Source: Macrostomum hystrix (Eukaryota; Animalia; Platyhelminthes). Taken from it: DNA of 64,000 bases. This document shows positions 36,201 through 49,195 of the stretch, one piece after another. Under the pieces are notes generated by a model. The model saw only the letters and a program-made list of their open reading frames with translations. It was not told where the DNA came from and ran no database searches. Location: positions 25,978,001 to 26,042,000 of the forward strand of contig CATNEN010000038.1 of NCBI GenBank assembly GCA_950097015.1, in the 5' to 3' direction. Both the position numbers and the translations under genes were made by a program. Position 1 is the stretch's first letter. Every line of letters begins with the position of its first letter.

Positions 36201-39200
36201 TTTGCAGGGCATGCTTCTCAATGGCTTCCTAAACTCGGTGCTGACAAGCATTGAACGCAGATTTGATCTAGCCTCAGTTGAGACTGGTATGATAGCATCA
36301 ACCTATGACATTGGCGCCTGTCTAGCCATTGTGCCCATCACTTATTACGGTCGGAGGTACAGGCGAAGTCGTTTTATATCGATCGGGGCCCTGGTGGTAG
36401 CCACTGGCTCCTTCCTGTTCTCCAGTCCGTACTTCATAGCCGGCCGGTACGTGTATCAGTCGCAGATGGAGCCGCTCTGTTATCCGGACGGTGCCAGCTA
36501 TCCAGACTTCTGCGTCAAACAGAACCAGAACTATTTCAAATGGGTATTCTGGGCCGCGCAGCTGCTTCACGGCATGGGCGGCTCGCCATTTTTCACCCTG
36601 GCCGTGTCCTACCTGGACGACAATTTGTCAATAAAAGAATCCGGAATATTTCTTGGTAGGTGAATAGTTCGAAAATGTAGCTGTAGAAATTCGAACAGCT
36701 TCGATAGAATGGTGGGTGGCAGAGTGATCATGTAGTGCGTCTACCTTTTGTGCCAAGGTCCTTGAGCTCGAATTTGCGGCGAGGCAACATTCGTTTGTGG
36801 TACAGCCGTGGAGAGAAGGCTTTCATGCAATATCCTTATTTGAAGCCAATCTCCAAAAACGCATTGCAATGGTAGACTTACTGACGATGATAAAGTCAAG
36901 ACAGATGTACACACCTGTGTGTGTGCTCCGGAGTCAGCGGAATGTTTAGAAGAGCATTGCTTCCTTTTTCACTAGCTTCACCACTATCTGAGTTGAGAAT
37001 GACCACCCCGAACATTCAGGCCTGTACTACCTGATCGCCCTGGTTGGTCCGGCCAGCGGCTATCTACTCGGTGGCATCATCGTGAACATCTACGTTGACC
37101 TGGAGAAGCCCAAGGAGCTCAGTCCCGACGACACGAACCTCTGGGTCGGTGCCTGGTGGATTGGCTTCCTGATCTCGGGCTCGATCTCAGTCCTGGGCGT
37201 CCTGCCTATGTTCGGCTTCCCGAAGAGCTTCAGAGGCTCGGCTAAGAAGCGAGCGGCCAGGAAAGAGGAGAGCTACGGTGACTCAGCTCAACGCAGCGCC
37301 CAGCTGACTGTCACGATGAAAGACTTCCTGCCGACAGCCAGGATCATCTTCGGCATACCGACATTTGTCTGCCTGACCCTAGCTGGCACTGCGGCCAGCA
37401 TCACCATCACGGGCTTGGCGACGTTCGGCCCGAAGCTGATGCAGCAGTTCTTCCGCATGGCAGCCAGCACGGCAACGCTGACTATTGGCCTGGTGTCCGT
37501 GCCTTGCGGCGCCCTGGGCCTCTTCACCGGCGCCATGGTCATCAGATTCATCACAATGCCTGTTCAGCGGCTAATCTGGATGAATGTCGGCGCATCGGCG
37601 GCTGCTCTGGCATTGGTCAGCTCCTTCATAGTGCGCTGCAGTCCTCAACTGATGGCGGGTGTCACGGCGCCCTACCCGGAAGCGAAATTCTCAGCCGGTA
37701 TGGCGCCGAATTTTAATGCGCCCTGCAATTACAACTGCAGCTGCAAGCAGAACAAGTTCATGTTCGACCCGGTCTGCTCCGCTAACGGCGTGCTGCACTT
37801 TTCACCTTGCTTTGCTGGCTGTCAGGGCGGCAACGAATCGTTTGTGCTTGAAGGAGTGAGCTTTGGTTAACTTGTCTGGGATGAAATGTGTTTCCATAGG
37901 AATAAAACCCGATTAACTAGATTTCATTTGTTAGAAAATATATATGCCTGCAACAAACCAGAAAGATACTTAATAAACGGAATAGAAAGACACCTGTTAG
38001 ACCAGAAAGACACCTGTTAGACTTGAAAGACACCTGTTAGACTAGAAAGACACCTGTTAGACTAGAAAGACACCTGTTAGACTTAAAAGACACCTGTTAT
38101 ACTAGAAAGACACCTGTTATGCTAGAAAGACACCTGTTAGACTTAAAAGACACCTGTTATACTAGAAAGACACCTTTTATACTAGAAAGACACCTGTTAG
38201 ACTTGAAAGACACCTGTTAGACTAGAAAGACACCTGTTAGACTTAAAAGACACCTGTTAGACTAGAAAGACACCTGATAGACAAGAAAGACACCTGTTAG
38301 ACTAGAAAGACACCTGTTAGACTTAAAAGACACCTGTTATACTAGAAAGACACCTGTTATACTAAAAAGACACCTGATAGACAAGAAAGACACCTGTTAG
38401 ACTAGAAAGACACATGTAAGACTAAAAGGGCACCAGTTAGACTAAAAGACACCTGATAGACAAGAAAGACACCTGTTAGACTAGAAAGACACATGTAAGA
38501 CTAAAAGGACACCAGTTAGACTAAAAGACACCAGTTAGACTAAAAGACACCTGTTAGACTAGCAAGACACCTGTTAGACAGACTACTAAGACACCAGTTC
38601 AGAGAGGCAGGAAATGCACTTAAAAGATGAGAATTATATAAGAGAACATAAAAACGAAAAGAACATAAAACCTGTCGCCTACCTTCGTGACATTTCTTTG
38701 CATCCACCAAACCAAAACACCAATACAGAAGCGGTACTACTCCAACTGTTCCTGCATCTCCGGCAGCAAGCTAATTAACGGTCAGAACATATCGGCCGTG
38801 TCTGGCGATTGTCCCAGCACAGAGTGCACATCGGCCCCGCTATTCTTAGCTCTAGTTGGCTTCTTCATGTTTTTCATGTTTTTCATCACCATTCCAACAC
38901 TGCAGGCCATTATGCGGTGAGTGTAACTGAAACCGTCAATTATTAGAGCTACTATTTTTTGCAGCTTTCAAAAAAACTTTGAGCAAAGATAGCTCAAAGT
39001 AGTTCTTTGTGTCCTCGGGGCCTGTGGCTTCAATTGAAGGACGGTCAAACAAACCAATCTTGTGAGGTTTCTGTCTTTTATTTAGTCTTGTTTGAGTCTA
39101 GATTTTCTATCTCTCTGAAAGTTTCATTTATTTTCTCTAGTTTCTACATTGCCAGTCTATTTTTCGTGACCCTGTGTACCCAGCTTCGTCAAGGCTTTTC

Positions 39201-41136
39201 TTTAAGTCGAGTGGATCCAAGTGACACAAAGGCCCGTATGCAGAAAGCCTAGCCCAGTCTAGCTAGTCTGGACTGGGTAGTTTGGTCTATGGTCTTGAAA
39301 TCGGTATGCATAAAAGCTAGTCACGACTACCATGATGAGTCTAGGCTAGACCAGTCTGGGCTAGACCGAGCGCCAAACTTAAGCGCCAAATCCTCAACGG
39401 ATTCCACGTTGTCTATGGTCCTTCTATGGGTGGGGAAAGAGTGGTAGTTTTTCCGATTTATGAATTCGTCGGGAAAATTCTCGTTGGGTGGCCTTTGAAT
39501 TCGTACGTGCGTGCAATCGATCGCACCGATTACATCATGCAGGCAGTTGACAAATTTGGCGAAACCCTGTTGAAACGCGTGTCCGCTCAACACCTGGCTC
39601 TGGATAGTGGATATTATCCAATTGGACATTAATTGCTCTTACCACTTTCCAGTAGCAGCGGGACATCGTGCTCTGGTCAATACCTCCAAGAGCAGACAAG
39701 TTCTGCTGAAAGCTGCCAGTGCCAAGATAAGACAGTGTCAAGCACAGTTGCAGCATGGGAGTGAGACTCTTGTTTCGCTGGGTTGCTCTTTCAAGATCTG
39801 TCTCGACTAGTTCCACCAGTGCAACTAGTGACCGCGGTTCAAACCGAAACAGTCTTTTGATCTCAACCTCTGAGAATTGTTGAAGTGGTTCCAACCGATC
39901 ACGAAAAATGCGCTGCCGACGGAGGTCTTGTTGAACTAAATCAACAGCTAATAAAATATTCATTTCTGTAAATCTTGGCTGTCTTGGGCAATGAAAAAGC
40001 CAGTATCCTAGACTGCTCCAGAGTAGTCTAGGTTTTTTTCTAGACCGGACTAGCTAGTTGTAACTTTTATGCATACCAAAAATAAGACGCAACTAGCTAG
40101 GACTGAGCTACCCTAGTTCTGTCTATGGTAGACTCGACTGGCTTTATGTTTCTTCATACCAAGTCCTAGTCTGGACTAGTTTTTCTAGACCGGACTACCA
40201 TAGACTGAGCTTTCTGCATACGGGCCAATATGTTACCACTCATCAAACCAACCAAGCGAATTAAAAGTTCGTCCACAAATATTGACCATCGAATCCTAAT
40301 TCCACTAAAACCACGACCCTGAGCTCGATTCCGCGGCGCGAGGCCACATTCATTTGTGGTGCAGCCTCGGAGAGAAGGCTTGGAGTCTTGTCGTGCGATT
40401 TAAGATTCTAAAGTCCAACAACGAATGCACAGTGAGAGTGTACACGGCCTGACGATGAGAAAGTCAGGGCAGATGTACACACCTGTGTGAGTTTAAATGT
40501 AACTAATCGAATTCAAATATCACCCGCAATTGACTTCCATCATTCCACAGCGTCATCCCCACCGACCTGAAAGACTTTGGCATCGGCATACAGATTGTGA
40601 TCATGCGCTTGCTAGGCAGCATCCCCGCTCCGCTGCTACTGGGACGCCTCATCGACACAACTTGCAGCGTCTGGAACGGCAGCTGCGGCCAGCAGGGCTC
40701 CTGCATCTACTATGATGCCCACTGGCTGTGGGTGCTCATTCTGCTGTTCGCCGGCGGCCTGAAAGTCATCGAACTCGGCTTCTTCATCGCCTCCGTGCTG
40801 CTGTACAGACCGTCTGTCAAGCAGTCGGCTAATGGCGACGCTAACGCGACCAACGAGTTGGCTTCGAACTCGCCGAAGAATGTTCTGACAATCGAGTTCC
40901 GCCGACGAAGCAGCAACTCGGCCGCGGTGGTGGCCAACGGAGGCGGTTCGCACGAGCCGGAGCCGACTGGAAACGGTCGTCGACTAAGCGGCAGCGACAA
41001 TCCGGCCTTCACCAATGGCGACGTCAAATCGGCGACGGGTTCAAGTCGAGCCAGTGTTAGCAGTCAAAGTCCAGCTCTACCAATGACCAATGGTCATTCG
41101 ATAATTGGCGAGACCATCGAGTTTAAAATTGATTGA
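33256..41136 (+). CDS. SLCO: Organic anion transporting polypeptide (SLCO4-like), ~760 aa, 6 exons
   Basis: Exons 33256-33310, 35831-36000, 36208-36655, 37020-37855, 38729-38916, 40551-41136, all phase-compatible; TSIERRFDL, signature WVGAWWIGF, Kazal-like CNYNCSC..FDPVCSANGVLHFSPCFAGC, RLLGSIPAPLLLGRLIDTTCSVW. Confidence 0.95.
35568..35738. repeat. 36-bp minisatellite (ACACCTGACATTCTGTAGTAGGGCAATGTACTTTAC)n
   Basis: ~4.7 units near the 3' end of SLCO intron 1. Confidence 0.93.
36711..36940 (+). mobile_element. Diverged SINE family A copy in SLCO intron
   Basis: Head GGTGGCAGAG..CCAAGGTCCTTGAGCTCGAA and CTGACGATGATAAAGTCA. Confidence 0.7.
37983..38598. repeat. 20-bp minisatellite (AGAAAGACACCTGTTAGACT)n, SLCO intron 4
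   Basis: ~31 units. Confidence 0.95.
39231..40226 (-). mobile_element. Internally deleted PIF/Harbinger DNA transposon (~1 kb) in SLCO intron 5
   Basis: 18-bp perfect TIR GGCCCGTATGCAGAAAGC / GCTTTCTGCATACGGGCC; many subterminal CTAG-containing motifs; encloses a transposase fragment. Canonical 3-bp TSD not clean. Confidence 0.9.
39436..39963 (-). pseudogene. Truncated, frameshifted Harbinger (HARBI1-like) DDE transposase
   Basis: LQLCLTLSYLGTGSFQ..GIDQSTMSR, a frameshift near 39538, then VIGAIDCTHVRI..FINRKNYHS; the rest of the catalytic core is deleted. Confidence 0.88.
40310..40492 (+). mobile_element. SINE family A partial copy
   Basis: B box through central hairpin. Confidence 0.75.
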
Positions 41137-42125
41137 TTTTGTGTTTTAAATTATACTAATCGTTTTCCGGATTTTTTGCGAAGCAATTTAACAAAAAATC
41201 TCATAACTAGAAATTGTTCAGTTTAAAATTGATTGCTTCGCAATTAACTTTGATTGTTACTTTAAGCTGCGCCACTACATTCCGATAATGAAGTTTGAAG
41301 ATTTTTTACGTTTGTGCTTTTGTTTTTCTGACTGGCAATTACTACTAATGTTAAGATGAGGTCAGTATATTTACTTATTATTTAAGTCAACAGTTTGCTT
41401 ATATTATTTGCTCAAATATTTTAGCTACTTATAAATGCGATATATCAATTCAAAACGCAATTTATTTGAAATATAATGCTTTAACATGACTGTTGTGATG
41501 AAAATATTTCTTTAAATAACATTTTGCCTGTCACAACTGGTTTTCCTGTGTGCCTATTTATTTTGTTTAAGAATTTAAAGTAAAAATGCATTAAATTACA
41601 TGCTTTTGTAAAAAGACACAGTTATTGTCTTCATGCAAGTACTAAATTGGTTATTTATTTTTTAGAATTTTCTGAAGTTATGTACTTCAAAAAATAAGAA
41701 CATAAATGGAAGAAATTTTTCTACGCCGCAATATGTTTACTTGCAGTAGTAGTTATCGCGCAACTACAAATAGAAATGCTAAATCTTTATACATGCAGGG
41801 AAGAGTTTATCTAGAAAAAAAAGTTGGAAAGAAAAATTTGTTTGAAATGAATAATTTGTTTGAATAACAAAATTAATTGTTGTTAAATTCAAACTTTTTT
41901 GAGGTATTGTGCAGGTATCTAGAAAATATGCCACATGGAAAATATATATACAAAAATCTACAGCTGTAAAATAGATTACTTGATTATAATATCTAGGCCC
42001 TAATGCATGGTTTAAGTTAATAAAATTTATACCATTCCAAGATTGCCTGACTAAGCTATGGTGTGTTATAGTAGCTATATGACATAATAAATACTCGTAA
42101 CATTGTACCATGTGAATAACTTTTA

Positions 42126-42212
42126 GTTCACGTGTGAATAGCCTATGGTTCACGTGTGAATAGCCTATGGTTCACGTGTGAATAGCCTATGGTTCACGTG
42201 TGAATAGCCTAT
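42126..42212. repeat. 22-bp tandem repeat (GTTCACGTGTGAATAGCCTATG)x4
   Basis: Direct reading; each unit contains CACGTG. Confidence 0.9.
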
Positions 42213-42454
42213 TTTCCTTGAAAAAAAATAGAAGATCAATGAAATATAGTAGTTCTGAAATTACAAAAAATGTTTTCATAGTCTTAAGATCTACAGAAAA
42301 CTGTTTCAATCGAAAAAAACATACCTAGATTAAAAATAACTGAGAAAAAGCTCATTTTCTTAACAATCGCAGGTTGGATTTTGAAAAGTGGGCTCACGAA
42401 TTTTTTTATTGGATTTTTGGTTAGAATTGGGCCAGGTCAGAGGTTCGATTTTAA

Positions 42455-43855
42455 ATGGGTCAGATTTGGATCAAAGTTATGGGTCAAGTGTGGGTCAGAG
42501 TTATGGGTCTGGTGTGGGTTAGATTTATGGGTCTGGTGTGGGTCAGAGTTATGGGTCTGGTGTGGATCAGAGTAATGGGTCTGGTGTGGGTCAGAGTAAT
42601 GGGTCTGGTGTGGGTTAGAGTTATGGGTCTGGTGTGGATCAGAGTAATGGGTCTGGTGTGGGTCAGAGTTATGGGTCTGGTGTGGGTCAGAGTTATGGGT
42701 CTGGTGTGGGTCAGAGTTATGGGTCTGGTGTGGGTCAGAGTTATGGGTCTGGTGTGGGTTAGAGTTATGGGTCTGGTGTGGATCAGAGTAATGGGTCTGG
42801 TGTGGGTCAGAGTTATGGGTCTGGTGTGGGTCAGAGTTATGGGTCTGGTGTGGATCAGAGTTATGGGTCTGGTGTGGGTCAGAGTTATGGGTCTGGTGTG
42901 GGTCAGAGTAATGGGTCTGGTGTGGGTCAGAGTTATGGGTCTGGTGTGGGTCAGAGTTATGGGTCTGGTGTGGGTCAGAGTTATGGGTCTGGTGTGGATC
43001 AGAGTTATGGGTCTGGTGTGGGTCAGAGTTATGGGTCTGGTGTGGGTCAGAGTTATGGGTCTGGTGTGGGTCAGAGTTATGGGTCTGGTGTGGGTCAGAG
43101 TTATGGGTCTGGTGTGGGTCAGAGTTATGGGTCTGGTGTGGGTCAGAGTTATGGGTCTGGTGTGGGTCAGAGTTATGGGTCTGGTGTGGGTTAGATTTAT
43201 GGGTCTGGTGTGGGTCAGAGTTATGGGTCTGGTGTGGATCAGAGTAATGGGTCTGGTGTGGGTCAGAGTAATGGGTCTGGTGTGGGTTAGAGTTATGGGT
43301 CTGGTGTGGATCAGAGTAATGGGTCTGGTGTGGGTCAGAGTTATGGGTCTGGTGTGGGTCAGAGTTATGGGTCTGGTGTGGGTCAGAGTTATGGGTCTGG
43401 TGTGGGTCAGAGTTATGGGTCTGGTGTGGGTTAGAGTTATGGGTCTGGTGTGGATCAGAGTAATGGGTCTGGTGTGGGTCAGAGTTATGGGTCTGGTGTG
43501 GGTCAGAGTTATGGGTCTGGTGTGGATCAGAGTTATGGGTCTGGTGTGGGTCAGAGTTATGGGTCTGGTGTGGGTCAGAGTAATGGGTCTGGTGTGGGTC
43601 AGAGTTATGGGTCTGGTGTGGGTCAGAGTTATGGGTCTGGTGTGGGTCAGAGTTATGGGTCTGGTGTGGATCAGAGTTATGGGTCTGGTGTGGGTCAGAG
43701 TTATGGGTCTGGTGTGGGTCAGAGTAATGGGTCTGGTGTGGGTCAGAGTTATGGGTCTGGTGTGGGTCAGAGTTATGGGTCTGGTGTGGGTCAGAGTTAT
43801 GGGTCTGGTGTGGGTCAGAGTTATGGGTCTGGTGTGGGTCAGATATATGGGTCAG
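42455..43855. repeat. 24-bp minisatellite (GGGTCTGGTGTGGGTCAGAGTTAT)n just 3' of the MATCAP stop
   Basis: ~58 units; 672-bp higher-order duplication. Confidence 0.97.
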
Positions 43856-43868
43856 GTGGGTGCGTCAG

Positions 43869-46800
43869 TCACGCGTCGGTCAGGCAGGTTTGCGGATCCA
43901 GCAGTGGCGCCACCGGCGTCACCTGACGGTGCTTGCGACTGCCGCTGGTACGGGCGCTCCGCTGACGCCGACGAAGTCGCCAGCCGAGGCAGCAGATGCC
44001 GAAACCCATTCGTTTGACCTCCGGCTGTGAGCGCAGCTCAGAGCACAGATTTGTCTGCAACAGTTCCTCCAGGAGATCCTGTCTGGTCAGGCCAGGCGAT
44101 GACGGGTTGTCCAGATTGACCACCACATCGGACAGGCCGTTGATGCGCCTGATGAAGGCTAGCCGCTGTCGATAGGCCTTTTAAAAAATTTAAATTTTGT
44201 AGATTCTCTAGCTCTTTTGCAGCATGGCTAAACTCTATTACACAATCTAATATGTTTATTACAGAACTGTAATGTCTACCTCCGCTACAGAACTGTCTAC
44301 CTCAGTTACAGAACTGTCTACCTCCGCTACAGAACTGTCTACCTCAGTTACAGAACTGTCTACCTCCGCTACAGAACTGTCTACCTCAGTTACAGAACTG
44401 TCTACCTCAGTTACAGAACAGTCTACCTCAGTTACAGAACTGTCTACTTCCGCTACAGAACTGTCTACCTCAGTTACAGAACAGTCTACCTCAGTTACAG
44501 AATAGTGAACTTTAGTTACAGAACAGTCTACCTCAGTTACAGAACAGTCTACCTCAGTTACAGAACAGTCTACCTCAGTTACAGAATAGTGCATTTTAGT
44601 TACAGAACAGTCTACCTCAGTTACAGAACTGTCTACCTCCGCTACAGAACTGTCTACCTCAGTTACAGAACTGTCTACCTCAGTTACAGAACAGTCTACC
44701 TCAGTTACAGAATAGTGAACTTTAGTTACAGAACAGTCTACCTCAGTTACAGAATAGTGAACTTTAGTTACAGAACAGTCTACCTCAGTTACAGAATAGT
44801 GCATTTTAGTTACAGAACTGTCTACCTCAGTTACAGAACTGTCTACCTCCGCTACAGAACTGTCTACCTCAGTTACAGAACAGTCTACCTCAGTTACAGA
44901 ATAGTGAACTTTAGTTACAGAGCAGTCTACCTCAGTTACAGAACAGTCTACCTCAGTTACAGAACTGTCTACCTCAGTTACAGAACAGTCTATCTCAGTT
45001 ACAGAACTGTCTACCTCAGTTACAGAACTGTCTACCTCAGTTACAGAACTGTCTACCTCAGTTACAGAACAGTCTACCTCAGTTACAGAACTGTCTACCT
45101 CAGTTACAGAACAGTCTACCTCAGTTACAGAACTGTCTACCTCAGTTACAGAACTGTCTACCTCAGTTACAGAACTGTCCACCTCAGTTACAGAACTGTC
45201 TACCTCAGTTACAGAACTGTCTACCTCAGTTACAGAACTGTCTACCTCAGATACAGAACAGTCTACCTCAGTTACAGAATAGTGAACTTTAGTTACAGAA
45301 CAGTCTACCTCAGTTACAGAATAGTGAACTTTAGTTACAGAACAGTCTACCTCAGTTACAGAACAGGCTACCTCAGTTACAGAACAGTCTACCTCAGTTA
45401 CAGAACTGTCTACCTCAGTTACAGAACAGTCTAAGGTCCCTACATTCCTCCTCAGTCTCACCTGAGTGTCTCTCATGATATCAGGATACTTCAGTCCAAC
45501 ATTGCGCAAGAATCGCCTAACTTTCGGCAGCTCAGACCAGCACAGCTTGCCGGACATGAGCTCACGAAAGTCAACCTCATCCAGGTGAGTTAGAATCTCA
45601 ACAGCGCCCTCAAAGTAGCGCTGATCTTTCCCGATTCCGCCTGGACGATTAGGATTTCCCAGAGCTCGTTTAATTCGCAAACAAATCCGCCACCTGTTCT
45701 CCGGCGATTTAACGTACTTCTCCAGGTGCCGAAAAAGGCTGCGAAAATCTAAAAACGAAGCCAAACAAGCCGCGTAATAGGAAAGAGCGCTATTGGCTAG
45801 GAGTGGCACCCGGGCATTGAAGATTGTGTGCAGTGTTGCCAAGCCTTCCTCGCTGCGAATCATCGCTTGACTGCCGGGCTGGTTGAGGCCGAAACGTCTG
45901 CGATCCGAGTACCACGGCTGCTGACCTTCGTTTACTGCGCGCATCTGGGGTTTTGGGGAATTGGCGGATTAGCTAACAATGGGAGTCGAGATTATCTAAC
46001 AGGTAGCTCTAGATTATCTAACAGGTAGCTCTAGATTATCTAACAGGTAGCTCTAGATTATCTAACAGGTAGCTCTAGATTATCTGACAGGTAGCTCTAG
46101 ATTATCTGACAGGTAGCTCTAGATTATCTGACAGGTAGCTCTAGATTATCAAACAGGTAGCTCTAGATTATCTGACAGGTAGCTCTAGATTATCAAACAG
46201 GTAGCTCTAGATTATCAAACAGGTAGCTCTAGATTATCAAACAGGTAGCTCTAGATTATACGAGTATAACAGGCGATTGGACAGTACGGCCAAGTGACTT
46301 GCTATTCTGTTACACCTGACTAGTGATTATCGGACAGGCGACTTTAGATTATCTAACCGGTGACTTGAGATGATCTAACAGGTAATTAGAAATTGCCTAG
46401 CAGGTGACTGTTACCACACTCACATAGTGCGTTCCAACCTCGTGATACATAAGGCACACAATGCCGGGCTCTCTCAGGTAATTATTCTCCCAGTTACTGC
46501 GTAGCAACAGAGTAAATTCGCGTTTCTCAGGCGCATTCATGGACCTAATTGGACCTGACGAGGTCATGAGGCCGGTGCACTGCAGATCCGGAGTCCACAG
46601 AACAGACAATTTGCCATCCAGTGCGTGATCCTGCAGGAAGGCGTGAACCAGATCCACCGCTCGATCCATTTCAATGCGAGGTCCGTAGGATGCCTGCAGA
46701 TTTGGCCAGGTTGCTATGGAACTAAGAGGTTGCTAACCGGTTTCTATGGAACTAACAGGTTGCTATGGAACTAACAGGTTGCTATGGAACTAACAGGTTG

Positions 46801-47809
46801 CTATGGAACTAACAGGTTGCTATGGAACTAACAGGTTGCTAACCGGTTTCTATGGAACTAACATTTTGCTATGAACTAACAGGTTGCTATGGAACTAACA
46901 GGTTGCTATGGAACTAACAGGTTGCTAACCGGTTTCTATGGAACTAACATTTTGCTATGAACTAACAGGTTGCTATGGAACTAACAGATGTACAAGGATT
47001 TAATTATCTATTTCATTATGGGCTGAAACATTATTTATAATTAGACGCTTCACCTCAAAGAACTGATCCAGATCGCCGAAGTCGGCAGCCACAGCTTCGA
47101 GAATGGCTCGTGCCTGGTGAAACAGTTCAAATCGGATCTGGTTCATCGGCTCGCTGAGTAACTCTTCGACACGGGAACCGCTGCCTTTCAGCTTGAACTC
47201 CGGCAATTTGCCCTCCTGATAGATTTCAATGTTACATGAGAGCAGCGTTCAAAGTGTATCAAATATTTGCAGGAGGGCTGCGGGCAATGGCACGTTAATT
47301 TGTGACTATTCGAGGAGGCAATTCTGCCCATTTCGCTGACTCCTGAGCACACACACACTTGGATACTGTACACAGGCACACGCTCACACAGGTGTATACA
47401 TCTGGCCTGACTTTCTCATCATCAGGCGGTGTCACTGTGCCTTGGAGGCTGGCCCTCAAGGGCCTAAATTGCATTACAAGTCCCCATTCGACCCCAAGCC
47501 TTCTCTGCGCCGGCTGCGCCCCAAATAAATGTGGCCTCACCACGGAATCGAATTTAGGGACCTTAGTGCGAGAGGCAAACGCGTTAACCGCTCTGCCACC
47601 GACCCAACCCTGGCAGTTGGTAAACAAAGCCATAATAAATGTCTGACCTGCAGGAAGCGCAGTTTCTCTTCCTGAGCATTGAGCGCTGAGATGGCAGTGC
47701 GGTATTCCACTGGGGTGCTATCCAAGAATTTCATCTGCGTTGCCGGCTGCTTCAAATAACGCCGGCCTTTGCCTGGCTCGTCGCTTGATGAGACACTCTT
47801 TCTTGGCAT
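43869..47809 (-). CDS. MATCAP: Microtubule-associated tyrosine carboxypeptidase (MATCAP/KIAA0895, DUF1704), ~461 aa, 5 exons
   Basis: Exons 47809-47648, 47215-47054, 46693-46424, 45944-45462, 44177-43869 (all phase 0); HExxxH motif HEVGTHY, N..QQPWY, EEGLATLHT, RIKRAL, GKDQRYFEGAVEIL, LMSGKL. Confidence 0.92.
44259..45432. repeat. 21-bp minisatellite (GTTACAGAACTGTCTACCTCA)n, MATCAP intron 4
   Basis: ~56 units, several recurring variants. Confidence 0.97.
45988..46258. repeat. 22-bp minisatellite (AGATTATCTAACAGGTAGCTCT)n, MATCAP intron 3
   Basis: ~12 units plus degenerate copies to ~46390. Confidence 0.95.
46707..46987. repeat. 19-bp minisatellite (CAGGTTGCTATGGAACTAA)n, MATCAP intron 2
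   Basis: ~13 units, three carrying an AACCGGTT insert. Confidence 0.94.
47262..47610 (-). mobile_element. SINE family A, near full-length, MATCAP intron 1
   Basis: Head-to-tail similarity to 30700-31068. Confidence 0.87.
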
Positions 47810-49195
47810 TTATACTTGTAGATTGATTTCTATTAGATCATGAGCTGAGCTACTGAGCTCAGTTTGAGAAATCAATCTCGGTTTGATTAACTGCCACACG
47901 GACCAGAGGTTTTTGGTCTGAAAATTTTTGTTTGATCAATTCTATTTCATTTATTAGTTAGTAAAGTCAGTTTAAAATTCAAATCATTATTTTCATTATG
48001 ATTAACTACAATGTAGTTAATCGGTTTAATATTTTTTTTAGTTATATAGTTTGTGGTACTTTCTAGAGTTAAGACACTTAACAAAGAAAAGAACTAGTTT
48101 TTTATAAAGATTATTCTGCACATAAGATACAAAAAATACTAAAAGTTCATGCTAAAGTCTTTACTGCGAAAGATCAAGGCTAAGCATAGACTACCCTACT
48201 TTAATTTCGTTTAAATAAATGAATCACTCAAAAATTGGGAAGTTAGTATGGCTCCTTAGATTTTCACAATATAAATTAAAATAAATTTATAGCATTCCCT
48301 GCTTGCATAAATATATCATGTCTTAAAGCTTGCTTGAACAGAATTAGTGAATTACTTTTGTGAGTTTACTTTACTCAAAAGCTAAATAAATTTGCTATCT
48401 ACAGAATTTACTGGCCAATAAATTGCTTTTCTTTCCATTTTCAAGTACAATCAATAAATTAAACGGGTAAAATGGGTACTCTAATATTTTGCGAATGGTA
48501 ATTAAATAACCGGAAAAGAATATAGTATCCAGTTAAGAATAAATAATTTGCACGTATTTTTAACAACTGCACTAACATAAAGCCTATGTTATATGGACAT
48601 ATAATTATATAATCATATAATTATATAGTTCAAAGTGTCAAATTTAAATGTCTCAAAATAACCTAATTCAAGTCAAGCATAATCAAAACAACAGTTATGG
48701 ATTGATTCATTCATTAGTACTAGCCAACTTGCAGTGCAAGAATTTAAGAAGTTAAAGTTCACTCAAACTAAGGACATCGAACGAGAAGAACTTGTTACTT
48801 ACTAAAAAATGTATGCTAAATTCTTTACCTTAATTTTCGATTAAGTTATGAGCTCAGTTTGAGTAAATTACTTCTTAGATGTGGCAAATTACCTAAATCA
48901 AAAGATACGTTTTGTTTTATTATTTGCTTAGTAACTTATAACAACTTATATTTAGTTTTTCTGATCATCTATATTATAAAACATTAGTTAAGGCAAATAA
49001 GCATTATTATTTGTTCATGTGTATTATTTGAATTATTTATTTTTAAATCATACAGTTAGAGTTATCGTACGTTTCGCGCTAGTTCAAAATTTTCGATTTA
49101 TAAGAAACGCTCATGCGTTTGCCGTGGTGTCCGTAAAAAAATTAATTTCCATGAGTGCTTTGTGATTTTCCTATTAGCAGTAGCATTCGTAACGA

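Noticed and set aside
42455-44017. 520-aa MGLVWVRV-repeat ORF and GQSYGSGV ORFs
   Set aside because: Open frames of a 24-bp minisatellite, with no splice or domain support.
44259-45461. SVTEVDS-repeat C-terminal extension of MATCAP in the 561-aa ORF
   Set aside because: A strong donor (CAG|GTGAGA, exon ending 45462) and a downstream exon (AYRQRLAFIRRINGL) restore the expected end of the domain, so this is intron read-through.
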